From positions 8,308,001-8,372,000 of the forward strand of contig JBHGNT010000011.1 in the NCBI GenBank assembly GCA_043228905.1: a stretch of DNA of 64,000 nt, read 5' to 3'. Under the pieces are notes generated by a model that saw only the letters and a list, made by a program, of their open reading frames with translations, was not told where the DNA came from and did not search any database. Positions 38,710 to 50,548 of the stretch are shown here, one piece after another. The position numbers and the translations under genes are program-made. Position 1 is the first letter of the stretch; each line of letters opens with the position of its first letter. This DNA comes from Azolla caroliniana. Lineage: Eukaryota; Plantae; Polypodiophyta.

Positions 38710-39190
38710 TCAAGAGCCCCTTGACCGAGTACCTAGTCTTGTCCCCGATCGTGACCCCTTCTTCAACCTTTTTCTAGTCGGTTGGCCATTTAGCCTTGCT
38801 TCTTTGACCCATTGCGCAAATGTGTCCTCCTCTGACAACCTTTCCATCACCTCCGCAACGGCTTGCACGTCAGCCGCGTCTTGTGCTAGCTTTTCCAGTA
38901 CAGTGGGATCTGTTTGGATATTATCAATAGTTGGGCTCGGTGGGGTGGAATCAAGGTTTTGTAATTCGAAGAAATGTTGCATCAAGTGTTCAAAAACACT
39001 ATTGTTCTGAACCTCAGATTTACATGTTGTTTCCAATATTTCATGGCGTTTCACATCGTTGCCTAATTCAATACCATATTTCAAAAGAATAGGGAGGAGT
39101 TGATCTGAAGGACATGTGATAGTAGGACTCTTACTTTCAACCATGTTGGCACTATCTCCTCATCGGTTGCAACGTCATCAACACTGGACA
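38710..39190 (-). CDS. Hypothetical ORF or exon of unknown function
   Basis: 144-aa open frame with protein-like composition and a basic C-terminus; no recognisable domain. Confidence 0.3.
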
Positions 39191-39234
39191 CCTCATGCGC
39201 ACTCCTTAATTCACAAGATTCTACAACAACATGG

Positions 39235-40225
39235 TCGCTAATTAGCGACTCAACTCCATCTTAGCTAACCAACTATTCTTCTAGACTATGACAGTAGCTA
39301 ATTAGCTAGTCGGCTAAAGTATGGTAGTAGCTAATTAGCTACAACTTAGCTAATTCGCTACACTTTGTAAATATGGTAGCAACTAATTAGCTACACTACT
39401 AAACTATGGTAGTACCTAATTAGCTACTCAGCTAAAGTATGGTACTAGCTAATTAGCCACTATAACTAAAGTATGGTAGTAGCTAACTAGCTCCCACTTA
39501 GCTAATTAGCTAGTCGGCTAAAGTATGGTAGTAGCTAATTAGCTACAACTTAGCTAATTCGCTACACTTTGTCAATATGGTAGCAACTAATTAGCTACAC
39601 TACTAAAGTATGGTGGTACGTAATTAGCTACTCAGCTAAACTATGGTACTAGCTAATTAGCCACTATAACCAAAGTATGGTAGTAGCTAACTAGCTACTA
39701 ATTAGCTAATTAGCTATTGTACGAAACTATGGTAGTAGCTAATTAGCTACCACTAAGCTAGTTAGCTAAAGTATGGTAGTAGCTAATTAGGTACTGTACT
39801 AAACTATGGTAATAGCTAATTAGCTACCACTTAGCTAATTAGGTACTTTACTAAACTATGGTAGTAACAAATCAACTACAACTTAGCTAATTAGCTACTT
39901 AGCTAAAGTATGGTAGTAGCTAATTAGTTACCACTTAGCTAATTAGCTACTCAACTAAAGTATGGTAGTAGCTAATTAGCTACCACTTAGTTAATTAGCT
40001 ACTGTACTAAACTATGGTAGTAGCTAATTAGCTATTGAGCTAAAGTATTGTAGTAGCTAATTAGCTACCACTTTGGTAATTACTTACTCAACTAAACTGT
40101 GGTAGTAGATAATTAGCTATTATATTCAACTATGGTAGTAGCTAATTAGCTACCACTTAGCTACTTAGTTACTCACCTAAAGTATGGTAGTAGCTAATTA
40201 GCTACCACTTAGCTAATTAACTACA
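39235..40225. repeat. Minisatellite built on the palindrome TAGCTAATTAGCTA plus AAAGTATGGTAG
   Basis: Dozens of copies; includes a 204-bp higher-order duplication (GTCGGC at 39309 and 39513). Confidence 0.9.
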
Positions 40226-40312
40226 TGTTAGGTAATTGTCTACTACACTACAACCAGAACAGCTAAATAGTTTCCATACTATATACGGGTTACCTAATTA
40301 GCAAATATGTAA

Positions 40313-42115
40313 CTAATTAGTTACACTATAATCACAAGTAGCAATTTTACTTGTTAGTTTTTTCCAGTCATCTGGGAGAGTTGTATTGCAATCCCCCAAA
40401 CAAAATGTAGCAATACGATAGGCATATATGAAACAAATGAAATGGTATGTGTGTTGGCATGGTTGTAGGTGAACCAACAGAGTAGCAGATTTGTCCTCTA
40501 CACGTAATCCGCAAACGATGCAACGTGTTTGAACAATCAATGTATCGTTTCTTGGTTCTCCTTCATTTGGTAAGGAAGTAAGAATGTTCCGGTCCAATTC
40601 TTGTCTACTCCTTACCTTTCCCTCTGCAAAATGTAGCTGCTTCTTAAGGCAACTAACTACTTGTTCTTGACGGAAGTATTGTTCCTTCAACGCAACCGAG
40701 AAATTTACCGATTACTTATTCCTTAATGAGGAAGATACAACAACAAGAAACAAGAATCTTTAGCTTGTCCAAATTGTAATCAGCGACAATATTTACACCT
40801 AGGAGTTCCAGGTTCATTGAAAGAACGTGGATCTCTGTTTGCAGTTGAATTTTCCGTTGGGGATCCAATGACCCCTCAATTTCAAGCTCATGTTGAGCAA
40901 CTTGTTCCAGATAATGCCTCACTAGCACATTTTCATGTACAAGTTATTTATAACATATTACATACTAGCAAAAGAATGGGTACCTGAAACTTATTTCTGA
41001 TTGTTCTAACTGCCAAAGTGACTTTGCTCTCCATCGCAGCAGCCAATGTTGCTTTCTCTAAATCAGTCTTAGAAAACTCGAATGTCTCACAGGCTTCATG
41101 GACATTTTTTAGCATATAGCTAATGAATGTCTCACCTGTATCATCGACATTGGCTTTCATTGTGTGTCGGTGTGACGTATACTTGCGGGTTTGTTGGGAG
41201 TCGGCAGTTGCATCATCAACTGCCATGCTCCAAAATCTTGCCATTTTTTGTTGAAAGCTCCCCATCTTCCGGCATCTTTCTACCGATGCCTCAATATAAT
41301 TTGCCCAAGCTACCCTATACATTTCAGGGTCACGAGATTCCTTTGTTGTTTTGCAATACTCGTATGCAAAAACTCTAGCAAATCAAACGGACAACTCGTT
41401 GTTGACCGAGATCTCTTGATGCACTTTCTGGTGTAGTCTCATGCAGTCATCGTATAGGTGCGGTCATACATGCTTGAGCTTGACCTTCCCTTTCACTCTA
41501 GGCACTTTATATATTGACATCCAATCTACATCACTAATCAATCTATATGTTAGAACAACAAGATCAATACCCTCAAGCGACAGACCATATATGTTGTGAA
41601 AGTCCTCCTTTGTATTGCAAAATTTTGCGAAGTTCAACACTATAGGATAGGGAGGAACGAGCCACCTGAAATAGAAAATCAGTAACCAGAATAGGTTCAA
41701 AAATAGAATTTTTAATGTGAATTTGGTGCAAAATTACAACACTTTGAGACAATAATTTGAAATTTGTAATCTGTCCTTTTCAACATGTATCAGAAATCAA
41801 CCACTTAAAAAACCAGAAACCCTAATCAGAATTTGTCATGAGAATTGGTGCAAAATTGCAACACATTGCGATAGTAATAAGAAATTTGTAATTAGAAATT
41901 TGTAACTAGAAACTTGTAATTTGAAATTTGTAATCAGAAACCCTAAACCACTTAAGGAAAACACAAACCTTAATCATCACTAAAGGCAGAAATCAACCGT
42001 AATAAGAAATTATGTCAATCAGAAACACACCTGCTGCTACACCCCGATCTTCGAGGCATCCTTGTTTGGGACTCCAACGACTTCGCCCTATTCGATTTTT
42101 GGGAAAGATGATAAG
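40313..42115 (-). pseudogene. Multi-exon gene relic ending in a RING-H2-like finger
   Basis: CIVC-x17-CQHTYHFIC-x9-CLGDC in 40313-40690. Plausible splice sites: donor CAG/GTGTGT ~42030, acceptor TTTCAG ~41666, donor CAG/GTACCC ~40983. Confidence 0.55.
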
Positions 42116-42689
42116 GTACCAAAGTTACAGACAGTTATTAGAAAGGAAAAAAAAAGTTTTTTTAATATGTAACTGAACATACTTGGACGAGGATTGAACT
42201 GGTCGTGTGTTGTAGCTTTGAAGGTGCAATGTCGATCTCAGAGTTTTTTGTGCTAGTGCAGGAGCTTCGTCTACATTCGTGCTCAGAGTACTCCATCTGT
42301 TTGGAGTTCGAACTCAAACTCAGGATTATCAAGAATTTGATGACATTCAACTCGACCTTAGATGATGGCACTATTCCCCCAGTTTCACTACATCAGAAAC
42401 CAAAGTTCAAATATTTAAGTATTCTCATAAATTAAATGACATGTATTTAACTAATAAATATAAAATTTCGTAAACCATCCTTATGATTTGCCCAGAAAAA
42501 ACTAGCTGAACAAATAGCTAATTAGTTGTGGCCATTTTAGTAGCTAATTAGCTATAATAGTGTTTCCACTCGCATGCTTTTACCCATAGCGTATTGTTTC
42601 CGCTCGCATGCTTTCACCCATTTGTAAGGAATTATTATCAACTCGAGTTTGCATTAGAGCGCATGGTGTCATTTCTGTGAGAAAAGAAA

Positions 42690-43140
42690 GTTGTCACAGT
42701 CAAGAGAGGATGGGTTTCTTTCACAAATGGATCCACAATTTATCGGCAAACTAGGAAACGATGACCTTGATTCTCTTTATAAATGTGTGGTGCTTCTACT
42801 GAACTTCCATAAAGAATGGATATCTTATGTCGCTTTACTTGCCACTTTGTTGGGTACTGTACTAGAGGTGTAGGACAAGCCACGAAAAGTAGGTGACAAA
42901 ATGTTAGGAATGGTGTCGGCTAAGCTTCTGATTTCTAAGGCTATGGTATTGTTGTCTCACGTTCTGTTTCCCAATTTATTGGACTGAACGCAACATGCTT
43001 ATTCTTTGAAAATCATGTACCGAGGTTTGCCCAATCAATGTTTTCAGTGTTTCGGGTTTAGCCATTTTGCCAAACATTGTGAACCTATGTTTATAAATGA
43101 CTCTCATATAGTGGCGTCCTCTATGACTATTGTTCTGTAA
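42690..43140 (+). pseudogene. L1-type LINE ORF1 relic
   Basis: LKIMYRGLPNQCFQCFGFSHFAKHC (zinc knuckle preceded by Y..LP) at ~43007-43080; upstream LATLLGTVLEV. Confidence 0.6.
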
Positions 43141-43290
43141 AAGGCCTCATTTGAGGGACGGACTACAGTGGGCAATAGGAAACCATCTCTAAATGCTTTA
43201 CCAAATAAAATTCAACAAGTACACCCTAATAACTTTTAGGAATTCTTTCCCCTTCAGAATATATATAAAGTACTTCAAGTAGATGATGAG

Positions 43291-43670
43291 TGTTACCCGT
43301 TAGGGTTACACAGTGCCTATCCTTGAATCCTTCGGGGTTCGGCTCAAGGTGATTATGGTTCAGGGATAAACACGTTTGTTGTGAGCTCGTAAGTGCTAAC
43401 CTAATCGTGGAGACTGTGGAGATAAGGAGGACGGCTATAACAAACTCCTTACACAATAGCGCACCCCTATGTATGAGACTTGACACAGAAATGAACTCGA
43501 CACGAATAGAGATAAGAATTATGAGAATACAGTAAGTCAGGAAAAATAGAGACCATATTATAGAGATTGAATATAAAATTATCACTAGCTATTACAAGTT
43601 TTCAATGCCCTTTATATAGGGTCATGGTCAATTACGGTCAGCGCGTGAACCGTTACGTGTAATCATAACG
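43291..43670 (-). repeat. 3' LTR of gypsy B (right edge tentative)
   Basis: Ends in TAACA on the minus strand at 43291; minus-strand CCCTATATAAAGG at ~43609-43621. Confidence 0.55.
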
Positions 43671-43676
43671 TTCGGC

Positions 43677-45880
43677 TTATACTACGACTACTACTACTCC
43701 CTCATTATTACGCTTTAGCCCCCACCTGTCTATTTCGCATGCCGTAAGAGGTTCCTCAAAAGCCACTTGCTCTAGGTTCATTGGTCTCATCAAGAACTGA
43801 TGCATGTCCCCCAATGATAAAACCACCTTCCTCGTGGACCGCGGGAATGCTTTCCTCATTCAACTTGTAGAAACCCTTACCGTCTTTTTGCCAATTCTCC
43901 TGATAGGCCCGGTATGTGTGGAGCTCAGCGGCCTGCTTTGCCCATTTGGCCCATCCTCTGTTCAACACTGCTTGAAGTTGTTTCGTGAATCTCACGCGCT
44001 TTGTTTCTAGGAGGATTTTTATGCGTTCGCTCTTCATTTCTATGTGCGTCTGCATCTCTTCGAGAGCCGTCTTGAGGTTTGAAATTTTGTTTGGGTTGGA
44101 GGCCACATTTTCTTCGGAGTGCACCTTTACCTCTTGCCATAGTTCTGATTCTTTTTCGTGCCATTTCAGTATGCAAGCGTACTTTGACTGCTCACATGTT
44201 TTGTTGTTTTTTCTCGATTTGTTCCTCGTGCCATGGACATCAGTTATGCGCAGCCTCCTGTAGTGCCACGATCATCCCTTCAGCTCGAATGACTTCTTCC
44301 CTTTTCTTCTTGAGCTCTTCGGTCATCCTTGTGTGAGCCGTGATTTTGGCATCCAATTTTTCTTGGATCGTTTTTATGGCTTTTCGTCCTGTCGCCCTGA
44401 TATCTGACTCTCGATTCGACGATTGTTAGAGTTCGGAGCGGAGGCTCTCTATCTCCATGTTCGCGATTTCCACCGCCTTTTTGGCCTTGGCTAATATCGT
44501 TCTCTGAGCTTCAACCTCTTCTTGTAGCTTGGGTGTGCGGGTGGCCGTGGTGGTGTTTGAGGTTATGGCTTCTTGGAGTCAGTGTTCTAATTCAACGACT
44601 ATCTTTTGGCCCTCCTCAAGTTGTTCTTTGGCGTACTTTTCGGCCTTCTTCGCGCTCTTGTTCTTGAGGACCATATCCTTTGCTCCATTCTGCATTGTGG
44701 CGAGCTCTCTGTGTACTTCGGCTAAGGCTATGTTTAATGGGGGCAGCTCGATTCCCATACGGCCCTGATCCGCGTACCGCATTCGGCCGATCTTGCTTCA
44801 AGTGTGATCTTCCTCACGTTTGATGATTCCGGCTAGGGCTCACTCGATCATTTTCCTTTCCTTGTGCTCCTCCTCCATGCGTTGCACAACTTTGATTTAC
44901 TGCATGGTGAAGAATTCCATGGTTTCGAAGGAGGTGTTGAATTGGAGCAGTGCGGCGAATTCGTGGGTCACGGCTAGTATCTCTGAGGTAAGCCATTACC
45001 ACATTATGAGGAGTGAGGATGCCTTTTCCTCATTCGGTATTTCTGGTCAGTGTTGATTGGGACCGCCAAAATTCTTCAAGCACCTGCGCGGGCTCCTTTT
45101 CGACTATTACGGCAGAGGTAGGTTGTGCCGCTGCGTCTTTTACCAAACCCTGACTATGTTTTCGATCGAGTCGGCGGCGTTTGAGCTTGGGGCTACTTGG
45201 TTGTTCGTTAGTTTCCTCCTCAAGAGGGGTTTGCTACTCCTCTTAGGGAACTACAGGTTCTGAGGCCCAAGTGTTCTCTTCTTCCTCCCATTTAGTCGTG
45301 GTGAGGTCTCCAAGCCTCCACGTGTAGACATGACGCTTGTAAAGGGCCGATCGGGCAAAAATTATTGTAAAATACTGTTGGATTATCAAGCGGAGCTTCT
45401 TACCTACCTGGAAGGCATGGAGTCCTTTGTGTCAGGATGTCCCTATAATCACGTCCCAATCAACGGCTTGTCCTTCGAAGGTTGCGATGATGATGCTAGC
45501 CCTCTATTTAGGCATCCCATACGCATTCGGGTGTATACATCCCACTTCTAATCAGAACTTTGCGATTTGATGGAAAAAGGCATCAGGGGTGTCCCATGTC
45601 CTGTAGGCTTTGGCAAAGATGGAATACTCACCAAAATAGCATTCGAGAACCTGTCAAGGAGGGATCTTGAATTGGTGTTCTCCTGTTGGTGTTAAACCCA
45701 ACTTCTTCCTAATACTGGCATTGGTGATCGTCTCAATGTTTATTTTCACCGCCATGTGTTGGGAGTTGGGGTGGGCTGGTGCCTCCGCCAATCAAATATA
45801 CCCAGTGAGGCTATGGTCATGAAGCCATCATTGAAGAGTGGAGGAAATGTCGATCGATATGGCACTATCATCATCGAACG
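43677..45880 (-). pseudogene. Extra 3' ORF of gypsy B, homologue of 5388-8900
   Basis: WLHDHSLTGY, YFGEYSIFAKAYRT, IIIATFEGQAVDW, coiled coil, GWAKWAKQAAEL. Confidence 0.75.
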
Positions 45881-46903
45881 GTGTTGGGAAGAATGAGAGG
45901 GACGGGCTGAGGGAAGAAAGTGAGAATATGAGAGTCTGTGAGAGCGACGGGAGCGAGAGGCTTTCCTGCTATGTGCAGAGAAATCACTCGAATCACCTTT
46001 TTGTGAGGTTGGAAAATTAGGGTTCAAGATTCATTGAACCACGGTTTGCACGCATGTACTTTGCTTTCTTGGGAATCGTGACTGCATGCAAAAATCATTT
46101 AAATAGTTTTGAATGCCCTTTTTTTTCTTTTCTTTTTTCTTTTTTTCCCATTCCCACACCTAACGGTTATGGTTGTTACTATGGTACATTAATGATACAT
46201 GATTATAAAGTAGGGGTCGCATTTAATGTGGTATGGGACCCTCCTCCGAAGTGGATTCGGCAGGGAGTGGGCCGGGGTTTTCCCCCATTGATCCCGTGGC
46301 GAAATGGAAAGGGTTTGGCAGTGTGGAAACCCAATGTGGCTTGAGCTTCTGTCATAACACTTCCCTGTGAGAGTGTCGAGCTTGAACGTAGCATTTTCGA
46401 CACCGATTATCCAATATTGCCCTATCCACTGTTATCAGAGTTTTCCGGGCATTTGTCCCATCCGTATTTGGAACATCAACATGGATTTTTTGATTTTGGA
46501 AAAAATTTGTTACCTCCTTGATGCCGATCCACAAAACCCTTTCGACAGTGCTGCTGTTGTCCCAGAATTGTCATGCTTCGAAGCCTATCTTTGCTGAGTT
46601 TGAGAAGTTGTTGCAGGGGTATCTGTTCCCACTATTTTTCGAGGAGGCGCTCCCGAATTTGTATTCATAAGCTGAGAACCTAGAACTCGACGGGCATTAC
46701 GACTTAGAGTCCAAATGCTAATCGGAATGGGGTGGTAGACTGGATACTAGTTTTGAAGCTTGTTCAATATGCCCATAGGGCCCTATGAAGCTTCATATCC
46801 CAATACGTGCGGTTTTCGTTGACGATCTTTTTTAGGATATTCTGTAAGTTTTTATTCGTCGATTCCGCAAGTCCTATCGCCTGGGGGTAGTAGGGGGTAG
46901 TAG

Positions 46904-48818
46904 GAGGTGTAATCAGCCACCGACAAGTCGCGTTGTCGTAAATTGCTCAGCTCTTGTCGGAGTTGAAGCTTCATGGCAGTGGTGCTTGCAACGAAGATCT
47001 TCTTCAAATTTCCCCAAGCATCCTTTTGCGTTTTCGCATCCCGAATATAGCTCAGGAGCTGTTCACCCACACAAGATGCGAAGCAGTACAGTACTCTGCT
47101 CGCCGACTGTTCCCACACCGGGAAATCTTTGTGTGTCGATTCGGGTGCTATGTCATTTGCTTCGTCAACATAGCTCCAATAACCGTGCTTGAGCAGGTAC
47201 TAGTGCATCTTGTAGGACCAAGGCGCGTAGTTGTTTCTATCGAGCTTCTCGGTAGGAAGTGAGCTAGCCATGCCTCTATCCATTCTGTTTTTCCTGTTCT
47301 TCTTGCTTGGTTTTCTTTTCAAGCTATGTCGGTTGCACAGGTTATCAACCCTCGCGCTCTGATACCATGAAAAAGATTATGTGCGTAAGCAATAGAAAAC
47401 CGAACACAGAAAATACGCAGGTTTAATGGAGAGCTTGAATATAAACAGTATGCGGGAGAGACAGAGAGAGAGAACACATAGAAACTCAATTCAAAATAAT
47501 ACTCAATCTGTACATACACCATGCTCAGTGAGCCCCTTTTATACAAGCCCTGCCAATAGGGCTGACACAAGTACTGACAGTACTTGACTGCTCATAAATG
47601 ATCCTACTACACTAACTCCCAAAATTATTCCTACAAGGAATATCTTCCCAACGGCCTCGCGGTTTTCACACCGATATGGCCATGTTATGTGTACCGATTT
47701 ACACACCTAGTCTACGCACTAGGTTACGCATCGTATTACGCACGAATGTTGGGCTTGTCTATCAATAGAACTATGCCCATTCTGGCTCCGCATGACGGAT
47801 ACACGATACATCCGACCACTCGCTCTACATCGCAAGTTAGAAATCAGAGTAGGCGGCCATACATTCGAGATAGCAGTTGTCGTACTAGCCCTCGATGCCC
47901 GTGGAGCGTACCCCCTCTTGCAAGGCGGCCCATGGTTGCGTTCTACGAACATCAAGTAGACTTGGCACCACAACAACATCAGTTTTCATCGAGGCTGAGC
48001 TACGGTTTGGGTCCTAACATAGGGGAGCACACTACCTACTAAGGCTATGGCTCTAGTTTACATGGGGGCAATCCACATGCTAGAGGGCATAGATGACGAA
48101 GAACTCAAAACGTACCTAGAAGAGAATCCTCGAATCTTGCCACAATTCGACATTGACTTCATCGAGACAGTCGACACATATATCACACCTGCGGCACTAG
48201 ATGCTGAAGACGGCGAACCTAATATAGAGGCACTCATGGAACTCTTTAGGGAGCAAGACGTGTTCAATCGAGAAATGGAAATTTCTCAATGCGTCACGAC
48301 ATCGGCCTTAAAAGAAATCAATGACAGTATTGCCGATGTGCCGCAACCTCTCTCCATAGCAAAGAATCTACCTCCTTCGGCGAAGGCAGCCATGATCGAC
48401 CTCCTGCATGAATATTAAGATGTGTTCGCATGATTGCATGAGGTACGCATGCACCCTGACGACCAGGAAAAGACCACATTCGTGACAGATTGGGGCGTAT
48501 TGGTTGTTGTAGTCATGATGTTCAGCGCGTCATCACCGAAATTTTTGGCGAGTATATCCCTAGTTTCATGTAGTTCTTCGATGATTTTGCGGTTTACGAC
48601 GAATGAGCCGAGCATTTACAACACCTCTGGTTGTATTTAGAGCGATGCCACTCAACACGACTTAGCCTTAATCAAGCCAAGTGCGCGTTCAACGTAAGCA
48701 GCGGGGCTCTACTCGGTTACATTGTTAGTCGAGAAGGCATTGCGGTTGATTCAGGAAAGATCAAGTCTATCATTGAGGCCCCGACCCCGAAAAATGCAAA
48801 GGCCCTTAGTTGTTTTCT
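46904..48818. repeat. Inverted copy of 49752-50540 plus 56452-57670 (gypsy B RT/PR, copia 3 5' LTR, PBS and gag start)
   Basis: Reverse-complement match of the copia gag (46904-47355), PBS (47356-47367), LTR (47368-47767) and gypsy PR/RT (47768-48818). Confidence 0.88.
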
Positions 48819-50548
48819 GTGTCATAGGCCACCAAAGCCCCCATTGTCATATCTTCCGTGCGGTACTCTTACCCATGTAATGGCCCCCAACTATACCGCA
48901 ATAGGCTTCACATAGGACCGAGTCTTTTTCATCCTGTCCAACACACCTTCACCAAATGCCGTCACTTCCTTTGTGATAAAGGATACGGTCTAGTAAGAAA
49001 AAGTTGTGAGTTCTGACTACCAATCGCATCTTTTTTCTGTTCATATTCATGGGGGTGGTAGGCCTATTGTTAAGAAATGTCTCATATCCTCCAACCATTT
49101 GTCGTTCATTGACGACATGTCTGCCTCTACGTCGCTTGCTGAAATGTGTAGTATTCCATTGTACGGAAAGTCGTCGTCCCCTTTGACTGCTTCCTTGCCA
49201 TTTTCGATACAGCTTAGATAATCAGACACCTCGTGTTGAGCGCTTGGGCAATGCTGGATTTCGAACTCAAATTCCTGTAATACTAGCATCCATCATGCCA
49301 ACTTCCCCATAAGCCACTCCTTCGAGACCATATAGAGTAGTGTCGCGTGATAGACATGGAAGACAAATTTTTACCCCAATAGGTAGTGTCGAAATTTGTT
49401 GATGTTATATATCATACCTAGGGCTTCACGCTTGGTCATGGAGTAGTTATTCTCGGCGATCGACAGTTCCTAGCTAGATTAGTATACTTGCCGATACAAA
49501 TTCGGCTCCGGGTCAACTGCATCAGTGCGTTGCCGATGGCTATGTCTGACGCATCTATGAACACATGGAACTGCTTCATCTAGTCTAGTGGTTGTACTAC
49601 AGGTGCTTGTTTGAGCATTACCTTTACTGCCTTTAATGCCTTGTCTTCCGTGACAGTCCAACTGAATTATGTGCGGTGCACCGCCGCATGCAAGGGGGTC
49701 ACGAAATTCTCTAGATAGCGAAGCATCCGACTGTGCTAGCCGATCTAGCCTAGAAAACAACTAAGGGCCTTTCCATTTTTCGGGGTCGGGACCTCAATGA
49801 TGGCATTGATCTTTCCTTGATCAACCGCAATGCCTTCTCGACTAACAATGTGACCGAGGAGAGCCCCGCTGCTTACGTCGAACGCGCACTTGGCTTGCTT
49901 AAGGCTAAGTCGTGTTGAGTGGCATCACTCTAAATACAACCAGAGGTGTCGTAAATGTTCGGCTCGTCCGTCGTAAACCGCAAAATCATCGAGGAAGAAC
50001 TAAATGAAACCAGGGATATACTCACCAAAATTTTTGGTGATGATACGTTGAACATCATGACTACAACGACCAATACGCTCCAATCTGTCACGAATGCAGT
50101 CTTTTCCTGGTCATCAGGGTGCATGCGTATCTCATTATATCCGGTAAAACTATCCAAAAAGCTATATATCTCATTCCCGTCTACGACGTCAAGCACGCCA
50201 TCCGTGATGGGAAGGGGAAAGGCATATGTGATCATGACCGTGTTCAACTTCCTGTAGTCTACGCAAACGTGGAGTTTCCCATTCTTCTTCAGGACGATTA
50301 CAATCGAGCTCAGCCACATTGCCCGCTTGATTGGTCTGATGTACCTGATTTTTAGGAGCTTATCGATTTCTTCTTTTACGCATGCCGCGTAGTTTAGGTT
50401 CATGCAGTAGCGTCTCTACTGGACGAGTTTTGCATCCGTCACCAGATTAATTTGATGCTGATAGAATTTGGGATACACTCCCTTCATATCCTCATGCAAC
50501 CATGCGAACACATCTTAATATTCATGCAGGAGGTCGATCATGGTTTCT

